Shown here one piece after another: positions 57,382-64,000 of a stretch of DNA of 64,000 bases. Source of the stretch: Patescibacteria group bacterium (GTDB lineage: Bacteria > Patescibacteriota > Patescibacteriia > UBA2591 > JAQUPP01); NCBI GenBank assembly GCA_028716665.1, contig JAQUPP010000002.1, forward strand, positions 139,717-203,716. The letters are read 5' to 3'. The notes under the pieces are model-generated. The model saw nothing but the letters and a program-made list of their open reading frames with translations. It ran no database searches and was not told where the DNA came from. Every line of letters starts with the position of its first letter. Within the stretch, counting starts at the first letter, position 1. The position numbers and the translations under genes were made by a program.

Positions 57382-58146
57382 ATGAAACTAAACAATAAAA
57401 CAATCTTAATTTTTTTGATTGTAATAATGGTAATCGCAGTTTGTATTGTGCTATTTTCTTTTAATAAAATACAAAAAATATCAGATCAATATCGACAACC
57501 GAATTTACCGAAAACACAGCCGCAAACCGGATTGGCAAATCCCGCTTCGGTTAATTGCGTTAATAAAGGCGGAAATTTAGAAATAAAAACTGATTTAACC
57601 GGCGGCCAATACGGTCTTTGTGTTTTTTCAAGCGGCGCAAAATGCGAGGAATGGGCGTTATTTAGAGGGGAGTGCGGCGCGGAAAATCCGAATTATTGCG
57701 AGCAAGATTTAGACTGCGCTTGCGGGAAAAATAAAACAACCGATAACTGTTTTTATGGACAAAAAGAATTTGTAAACACAAATCAACAGTGTCCGGATTT
57801 TTGCAACGGAATTGCAGCCAATTTGGAAATAAAATGTGAAAATTATAAATGTACGCAGATTAATAAACTAAACCAAAAATGCACTGATTACAGCGTGGAA
57901 AATTGTCCAACTGATTGCGTAGTTTGTCCGCCTTGCGCCGAATGCAGTTCCATAAGCTGCCAATCAAAAGAATTTTGTAAAAATATCGGATTTGACAGCA
58001 GTTGGTATGAAAGCATTAAACATCAAAGCTCTGCAAAAAATTGCGAAGACCAGTGCGGGAACGGCATTTGTGAAGAAGTAGTTTGTTTGACTGTCGGTTG
58101 CCCGTGCGCGGAAACAAAAGAAACTTGTCCAAAAGATTGTAAATAA
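57382..58146 (+). CDS. Membrane-anchored DUF333-domain Cys-rich protein
   Basis: ANPASVNC...G.C.F..G..CEEWALFRGEC. Confidence 0.8.
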   Translation: MKLNNKTILIFLIVIMVIAVCIVLFSFNKIQKISDQYRQPNLPKTQPQTGLANPASVNCVNKGGNLEIKTDLTGGQYGLCVFSSGAKCEEWALFRGECGAENPNYCEQDLDCACGKNKTTDNCFYGQKEFVNTNQQCPDFCNGIAANLEIKCENYKCTQINKLNQKCTDYSVENCPTDCVVCPPCAECSSISCQSKEFCKNIGFDSSWYESIKHQSSAKNCEDQCGNGICEEVVCLTVGCPCAETKETCPKDCK

Positions 58147-58154
58147 TTTAGATT

Positions 58155-58580
58155 ATGAAAGTAAATAAAAAATTAATTTTTAGCATTATAATTATTGCGG
58201 TTATTGCCGGAATAATTTTGTTATGTTGTTTATGGAAAAGTGGTTATTGGCAAAAGAAAAAAATAAATCAAATTCAAGAGCAATTTAAAAATCAGTCCCA
58301 ATCGCAAACCGGAATGGTCAATCCAGCTTCAAAATATTGCGTTGAACAAAACGGAACATTGGAAATAAGAAAAAATGAAGCAGGCGAGTATGGAGTTTGT
58401 GTTTTCGCGAATGGCACCGAGTGCGATGAATGGGAATTTTTTCGCGGAGAATGCAAGGTAGAAAGAGATAAATGTGTTGATTTATGCGGAGATCAAATAT
58501 GTCAAGAAGTTGTTTGCAAGGAAATAGGGAGTCCTTGCGCGGAAACAAAAGAAACTTGTCCGGCAGATTGTAAAAAATAA
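58155..58580 (+). CDS. Membrane-anchored DUF333-domain Cys-rich protein (paralogue)
   Basis: VNPASKYC...CDEWEFFRGEC; shared CAETKETCP.DCK tail. Confidence 0.8.
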   Translation: MKVNKKLIFSIIIIAVIAGIILLCCLWKSGYWQKKKINQIQEQFKNQSQSQTGMVNPASKYCVEQNGTLEIRKNEAGEYGVCVFANGTECDEWEFFRGECKVERDKCVDLCGDQICQEVVCKEIGSPCAETKETCPADCKK

Positions 58581-58611
58581 CTTTAAAAAATTAAAATAAA
58601 AAATATTATTT

Positions 58612-59061
58612 ATGATTTATTTAGGGGCGGATCACGCCGGATTCAAATTAAAAGAAGAAATAAAAAAATATTTAAAAAATTCAGGTTTTAAATATCAAGA
58701 TTTAGGTAATCAAATTTTTGATTCAGAGGATGATTATCCGGACTTTGCTTATCAAGTGGCGAAGAAAGTGGCTCAAGAAAAAAATTCCAAAGGAATTTTA
58801 TTTTGCGGCACCGGTCAAGGAATGGCCTTGGCGGCCAATAAAGTAAAAGGAATCTATGCCATGCCGGCCTGGAATAAATTAACCGCCAAGCACGCGGCAG
58901 ATCATAATCAAGCCAATATTTTAACTTTGGGCGGACACATTACTTCAACTAAATCGGCCAAAGAAATAATTAAAATTTGGTTAAAAACCAAACCGTTGAA
59001 AAATATAAAATATTCAAGAAGAATTAATAAAATAAAGAGTTTTGAAAATGAATTAAAATAA
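58612..59061 (+). CDS. rpiB: Ribose-5-phosphate isomerase B
   Basis: GADHAG, DDYPD, CGTGQG...ANKV, HNQAN. Confidence 0.92.
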   Translation: MIYLGADHAGFKLKEEIKKYLKNSGFKYQDLGNQIFDSEDDYPDFAYQVAKKVAQEKNSKGILFCGTGQGMALAANKVKGIYAMPAWNKLTAKHAADHNQANILTLGGHITSTKSAKEIIKIWLKTKPLKNIKYSRRINKIKSFENELK

Positions 59062-59106
59062 TCCGAATCTGCGAATGTATCCGAATGCTACAAATAAATA
59101 AAAATT

Positions 59107-60936
59107 ATGAGCAGCGTCATTGACGAGATAAAATCTAAATTGGATATTGTTGATGTTCTGTCCGAATATATCCAACTCAAACAGGCGGGCGCCAATTTCA
59201 GAGCGGTTTGTCCATTTCATCGCGAGAAGACGCCGTCATTTTTTATTTCTCCGGAAAGGCAAATTTGGCATTGCTTCGGGTGCGGCAAGGGAGGAGATAT
59301 TTTTGGTTTTATCAGAGAAATAGAAGGGGTGGAATTTCCGGAAGCTTTGAGAATTTTGGCTCAGCGCGCCGGAGTTAAAATTGAAAAATATAATCAGGCC
59401 GAAGTCAGCCAAAAAACAAAATTACAGGATATTTGTTCCATTTCGGCAAAATTTTATCATAAAATTCTTTTGGAATCTTCCTCCGCGGAAAAAGCCCGTC
59501 AATATCTTAAAGAAAGGGAATTGGATCAAAAAACCATTGCCGAATTTCAATTGGGTTTTGCGCCGGAAAAAGGAAATTTGCTTTTGGAGTTTCTTTCAAA
59601 AAGAGGTTATAAGCCGGCCGAGATTGAAGCGTCAGGCATGATTATCAAGTCAACTCATCAATCTTCATATTATGATCGTTTTCGCAGTCGGATAATGTTT
59701 CCGATTTTTAATCTTTTCGGCCAAGTGGTCGGTTTCACGGGAAGAGTTATGCCCGCCTTCTCCGACCAGCTGGCGGATACGGCGGGCAGGCCCGTCGATG
59801 AACAAAAAGAAGTGGCAAAATATATCAATACGCCGGAAACTCAAATTTACAGCAAGAGCCGCGTTTTATACGGTTTGGATAAGGCCAAATTAGAAATTAA
59901 ACTCCAAGATTTTGTTATTTTAGTTGAAGGGAATATGGACGTGATCGCTTGCCATCAATTCGGCACCAAAAATGTGGTTTGCACTTCGGGCACGGCTTTA
60001 ACCTCGGAACAGATCAAGCTTTTAAAACGTTACACGCCAAATATAATTTTAGCTTTTGATGTTGATTTGGCCGGTCAAAATGCCACTCAAAGAGGCATAG
60101 ATTTATTGCTTCAAGAAGATTTGAATGTTAAAATTCTTCATTTGTTATCCGGAAAAGATCCTGACGAATGTATCAGGAAAACACCGGAGATTTGGCAAAA
60201 AGCCATTAAAGAACCATTGCCGATTATGGAATATTATTTTTCTTCGGCCATTGCTCGCGTTAATCCGGATTCAAAAATTTTAAGTATTGAAAATAAAAAG
60301 CAAGTTTCACAAATTTTATTGCCTTTTATCGCCAAATTGGGCAGTCCGGTTGAACAAGGCCTCTGGGTAAAAAAACTCAGCAATGATTTGGATATTTCCG
60401 AAATTTCTTTACACGATGCTTTGAAAAAAATTAAATTGCCACAAAAAAATAAAGAAAAAGATAATTCGGAAGCCAATGAAAAACCATCAAGCGAAGAACA
60501 AGTAGGCGATATGCTGCTCGGCTTGATTTTAAAATATCCGGAAAAAGGAGAAATAGCGAGCAAATTGATTTTTGATATGTTCATTAGGCCCAGGGCTCAA
60601 ACCCTTGCCAAAATCATAAAAGAATGTTATATTAAGAATAATAAAATTGAAGTTGATCAAATTAAGGAAGAATTCAAAGACAAAGATTCGGAATATATTG
60701 ATTTTTTGTTTTTTTTGATTGAAAAGGAATTTGCCGGCCAAAAAGACAAAGAAATAGAAAAAGAATTCAATAATTTATTCCGCATTTTAAAAAAACGGCA
60801 TTTGGAAAAAAGAAGAGAAAAAGTGATGCTGGAATTGAAAGAAGCGGAAAAAAATAAAGATAAAGAAATGGTTGAAAAAATTATCAGGGAAATTACGGAA
60901 TTATCGCATGAAATAAATGTTTGCGACCATTCTTAA
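59107..60936 (+). CDS. dnaG: DNA primase
   Basis: CPFHREKTPSF, CFGC, RIMFPI, KYINTPET, VEGNMD, FDVDLAG, KDPDE. Confidence 0.97.
   Translation: MSSVIDEIKSKLDIVDVLSEYIQLKQAGANFRAVCPFHREKTPSFFISPERQIWHCFGCGKGGDIFGFIREIEGVEFPEALRILAQRAGVKIEKYNQAEVSQKTKLQDICSISAKFYHKILLESSSAEKARQYLKERELDQKTIAEFQLGFAPEKGNLLLEFLSKRGYKPAEIEASGMIIKSTHQSSYYDRFRSRIMFPIFNLFGQVVGFTGRVMPAFSDQLADTAGRPVDEQKEVAKYINTPETQIYSKSRVLYGLDKAKLEIKLQDFVILVEGNMDVIACHQFGTKNVVCTSGTALTSEQIKLLKRYTPNIILAFDVDLAGQNATQRGIDLLLQEDLNVKILHLLSGKDPDECIRKTPEIWQKAIKEPLPIMEYYFSSAIARVNPDSKILSIENKKQVSQILLPFIAKLGSPVEQGLWVKKLSNDLDISEISLHDALKKIKLPQKNKEKDNSEANEKPSSEEQVGDMLLGLILKYPEKGEIASKLIFDMFIRPRAQTLAKIIKECYIKNNKIEVDQIKEEFKDKDSEYIDFLFFLIEKEFAGQKDKEIEKEFNNLFRILKKRHLEKRREKVMLELKEAEKNKDKEMVEKIIREITELSHEINVCDHS
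59750..59791 (+). repeat. Nested GC-rich palindrome inserted in frame in dnaG
   Basis: tgcccgcc...tccg(a)ccagctggcgga...ggcgggca. Confidence 0.75.
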
Positions 60937-60976
60937 AGTTTAATTTTGATAAGACGAATAAAATTTAATAAAGTTC

Positions 60977-61888
60977 ATGAAATTTAAAATAGTCAGTGAT
61001 TATAAAGAAGCCAAAGAATTATGGCAGATGTTCAGTCCTAATCAATGCCTGTGGGATCTATGGGAAGTCAGGGATTGTTTTATCAGGGGTACGAATTATC
61101 CGTTATATTTTATCGTTGGTTACGAAGGAGATGAAATCTTGGGCATTTTGCCGTTATGGTATAATCCGGATCAAAAATATTATTCTTTCATCGGCGATGA
61201 TTTGCCGGAAGAAAATAAATTATTTTTAAAAGATAAAAAGCTTTTGCCTGAATTTTTGAAACAATGTCCAGACAGGACTTATCTGGAATATCTTAATCAA
61301 GATGATAAGAATTTTTTCCCTTCTTTCAAAATTGTAGTTCATCCGGATGATTGTTATTATCACTTGAATTTGACAGGCTTTAATTCTTTTGAAGATTATT
61401 TGCAAAGCTTTGGTAAAAAACATCGCAAAAATCTTAAATACGATCTTAACGGTTTGTCGGTTCAAGGTTTTACCGCTGACTTGGAAAATAATTTTGAAGA
61501 AAATATTATTGATATTATTTCTCGTTATAATTTAGGGCGATTTAAAGATGATTCTTTTTTTGCCACTCCCAGTTTTAGCAAGAGTTTATTAAATTTAATT
61601 CTTTTGACTAAGGAAAAAGGGGAGCTGCACATGGTTGTTATTAAAAAATTAAATCAGATATACGGCGCGCAATTTGCCATTCTCCATAAGGGTGTTTATA
61701 CTGTTATTATGGGCGGACATGATTCAAGTATAAAAAATTTAGGCAAATTATTGACAGTCGGTCATATCAAAAATGCCGTCAATTTGGGCATTCAAGAAAT
61801 AGATTTTATGGCTGGCGGAGAGTGGAAACAATTATGGCAGATGTTCGGAAGCGACGTTTACGAATGGGATAATTCGACCGGCAATTAA
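60977..61888 (+). CDS. GNAT-fold protein (acetyltransferase_6/FemAB-like)
   Basis: [28 protein letters not shown]. Confidence 0.7.
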   Translation: MKFKIVSDYKEAKELWQMFSPNQCLWDLWEVRDCFIRGTNYPLYFIVGYEGDEILGILPLWYNPDQKYYSFIGDDLPEENKLFLKDKKLLPEFLKQCPDRTYLEYLNQDDKNFFPSFKIVVHPDDCYYHLNLTGFNSFEDYLQSFGKKHRKNLKYDLNGLSVQGFTADLENNFEENIIDIISRYNLGRFKDDSFFATPSFSKSLLNLILLTKEKGELHMVVIKKLNQIYGAQFAILHKGVYTVIMGGHDSSIKNLGKLLTVGHIKNAVNLGIQEIDFMAGGEWKQLWQMFGSDVYEWDNSTGN

Positions 61889-61943
61889 GAAAAATAATAT
61901 TTTGTTTTTTATTTTTAATTCCGTTAAGGCGGAAAAAAAATCA

Positions 61944-63137
61944 ATGAAATCAAATCATAAACAAAAAATCAACAAGAAAAAATCAGTTAAAATAGTGAAG
62001 AAGGCTTCCAAAAAAGTTTATAATTCTGATCATCAAGATAATGCTTCGCGAATAAAATGGCCGGAACAAGAAGCTCAGGCATTAATCAATAAGGGCAGAC
62101 AGAGAAGTTTTGTGACAGAAAAAGAACTTTTTTATACTTTTCCCCGCTGTGAGAAATATTTGAATGAATATGAAGACTTTTTGGATTATATGGAAAGAAT
62201 GGGAATCAAAATCATTGAATCTCCGGAAGGATTTTTGGAAAAACCTCATAAAAAAGAAGAAAAGAAATCAGGAAAGGATGGGGGATTAATGTTTGATTTA
62301 AGCCAGCTTTCATCCGATTCAATTCAAATGTATTTAAAAGAAATTGGACGCGTTCCATTATTAACCCCGGGCGAAGAAGTGGAATATGCGAAGGCTAAAG
62401 ATAAGGGGGATCATAAATCATCTCAAAAATTAATAGAAGCGAACTTGCGTTTGGTTGTCAGTATTGCCAAGAAATTTACCGGTTATGGACTAAGTTTTTT
62501 AGATTTGATTCAAGAAGGCAATATCGGTTTGTTCAAAGCCGTGGAGAAATATGATTGGAAAAGGGGTTATAAATTTTCCACTTATGCCACTTGGTGGATT
62601 AAACAAGCGGTCACTAGAGCTCTGGCGGATCAATCAAGAACAATCAGAATTCCAGTTCACGTGGTGGAAACTTTAAGCAAATTCCAACAAGCCACTCGCT
62701 GGTTGGCTCAGCAACTTGGACGTCAGCCGACTCCGGAAGAAGTGGCAAGCGAATTAAGCATTCCGATTGATGAGTCAAGATATTTAATGAAAATTTCTCA
62801 AGAAACGGTTTCGCTTGAAACCACAGTTGGCGACGACGAAGACAGCGACACGGAATTGGGAGATTTTATTGAAGATGTCAAAACTTTAACTCCGGATCGT
62901 TCCGCCGCCTTGAAATTATTAAGAGATTATATTAAAGAAATTGTCGTTGACTTGCCTCAGCGCGAAAGAAAAATTTTGGATATGCGTTTCGGTTTAACCG
63001 ATGGCGCCGCCCATACCTTGGAAGAGGTGGGGCAAGTTTTCTGTGTTACTCGTGAAAGAATTCGTCAAATTGAATCTAAAGCATTGGAGCGAATGAGAGA
63101 ATTCAAGGGTATTGAAAAAATTAAAGACTATTACTAA
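61944..63137 (+). CDS. rpoD: Primary sigma factor RpoD
   Basis: [40 protein letters not shown]; start set to ATG 61944. Confidence 0.96.
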   Translation: MKSNHKQKINKKKSVKIVKKASKKVYNSDHQDNASRIKWPEQEAQALINKGRQRSFVTEKELFYTFPRCEKYLNEYEDFLDYMERMGIKIIESPEGFLEKPHKKEEKKSGKDGGLMFDLSQLSSDSIQMYLKEIGRVPLLTPGEEVEYAKAKDKGDHKSSQKLIEANLRLVVSIAKKFTGYGLSFLDLIQEGNIGLFKAVEKYDWKRGYKFSTYATWWIKQAVTRALADQSRTIRIPVHVVETLSKFQQATRWLAQQLGRQPTPEEVASELSIPIDESRYLMKISQETVSLETTVGDDEDSDTELGDFIEDVKTLTPDRSAALKLLRDYIKEIVVDLPQRERKILDMRFGLTDGAAHTLEEVGQVFCVTRERIRQIESKALERMREFKGIEKIKDYY

Positions 63138-63197
63138 TTTGCAGAGCAAATTAGTAACCAATAACAAAAGACGAATAACTAATAACCACCAATAACT

Positions 63198-63554
63198 ATG
63201 TTTCGCTTTCAGAAATGGAATATTTATAATGAAACGAGAAAGTTAAGATTGGATATTAAAAGAAATTTATTACCAAAAATTTCATCTGCAGAAAAATATA
63301 TTTTAATACCTCAAATTGAGAGAGCAATTAATTCAATTATTTTAAATATTGCCGAGGGTTCATATAGAAAGTCTGATAAAGATTTTGCTCATTTTCTTAA
63401 TCAAGCGATAGCATCTCTTTATGAGGTTGTAGCCTGCCTTGATCTTATGTTGGATAGTTGTTATATTAATGAGGAAGATCATAGTAAATATTTGTTTCAA
63501 TTAGAGAATATCGCTAGACAAATTAGCGCTTTTACTCGATCATTAAAGAAATAA
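63198..63554 (+). CDS. Four-helix-bundle protein (23S rRNA IVS-like family)
   Basis: QIERAINSIILNIAEG, FL..AIASLYE; flanked by inverted ~7-nt repeat arrays. Confidence 0.9.
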   Translation: MFRFQKWNIYNETRKLRLDIKRNLLPKISSAEKYILIPQIERAINSIILNIAEGSYRKSDKDFAHFLNQAIASLYEVVACLDLMLDSCYINEEDHSKYLFQLENIARQISAFTRSLKK

Positions 63555-63613
63555 TATTTTGTTATTAGTTATTTGTTCTTTGTTATTTGTAAAATTGTTT
63601 TAGCAATTTTTAT

Positions 63614-63939
63614 TCCGGCGTAGCTCAATGGTAGAGCAGCTGGCTGTCAAAAAAAGGCAGCCCTCCGAAGTAATTCGGGGTAGAAAAATAGGGTGAAATC
63701 GGGGAAACCCCACTGGGGCAATCCCGAGCCAAGCCTTAACCTATAAAGTTAAGGAAGGTGTAGAGACTATCCATTTATGGAGTAGCCGATCAACTTGTTG
63801 ATGTAGGCGAAGCGCCCTATCCCGCACAGAATTTAATATTTTATTAAATTCTACGGGAATGATATAGTCCACGCTTAGAAGCAATTCTAGGATAAGTGTA
63901 ACCAGCTTGTTGTGGGTTCGATTCCCTCCGCCGGAGCCA
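63614..63939 (+). tRNA. tRNA-Asn(GTT) interrupted by a group I intron
   Basis: Exon 1 63614-63647 (...gctgg-ct-GT), exon 2 63899-63939 (T-aa-ccagc...ccggagcca); tccggcg/cgccgga acceptor. Confidence 0.9.
63648..63898 (+). ncRNA. Group I self-splicing intron, 251 nt, no ORF
   Basis: P1 gctgtc/ggcagc with U-G at splice site; core-like segments aaatcggggaa, aatcccgagc, tagagacta, gatatagtcc; terminal G. Confidence 0.9.
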
Positions 63940-64000
63940 AATATTCTTGTGAAAGCGACCCGTCCCCGTCAGGGAATTGGTCAATAAAAATAAGGGTTTT

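Noticed and set aside
977-61465. Numerous short minus-strand and alternative-frame ORFs in the track
   Set aside because: They overlap well-supported genes and lack recognisable motifs; treated as shadow ORFs. cysS is the only credible minus-strand gene.
63614-63650. tRNA-Asp(GTC) call
   Set aside because: The C is the first intron base; the spliced anticodon is GTT and the T1-A72 acceptor fits Asn.

Overview
A 64-kb AT-rich bacterial chromosome segment. Gene content, split operons and repeat style suggest a Patescibacteria/CPR (Parcubacteria-like) genome; this is inference, not a database result. All credible genes except cysS are on the + strand. The core backbone includes lepB, hisS, mtaB, udp, porC/D/A, ybeY, ftsA-ftsZ, gyrB, secE-nusG-rplK-rplA, tmk, cysS, murB, infA-rpmJ-rpsM-rpsK-rpsD-rpoA-rplQ-rplM, def, ftsE, groES-groEL, ppsA, dnaG, rpoD and four tRNAs. 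Most notable observations: (1) between ftsZ and gyrB, accessory and defence-like gene blocks (Fic; WYL+NYN; TPR/SppA; AAA-TOPRIM) are separated by three extra copies of the ftsZ 3' end (67, 63 and 34 bp), an integrase-free cassette array anchored on a protein-coding gene; (2) an intact tRNA-Gly nested in a hairpin element that splits a degenerate tRNA-Gly at its anticodon; (3) an orphan ~260-nt structured RNA candidate with its own promoter and terminator; (4) several families of small palindromic elements, some nested, inserted in frame into cysS, a NIF3-like gene, murB, ppsA and dnaG; (5) a group I intron in tRNA-Asn; (6) an enzyme cluster (sugar-phosphate cyclase-like, aminotransferase, radical SAM, methyltransferase) unusual for a reduced genome.
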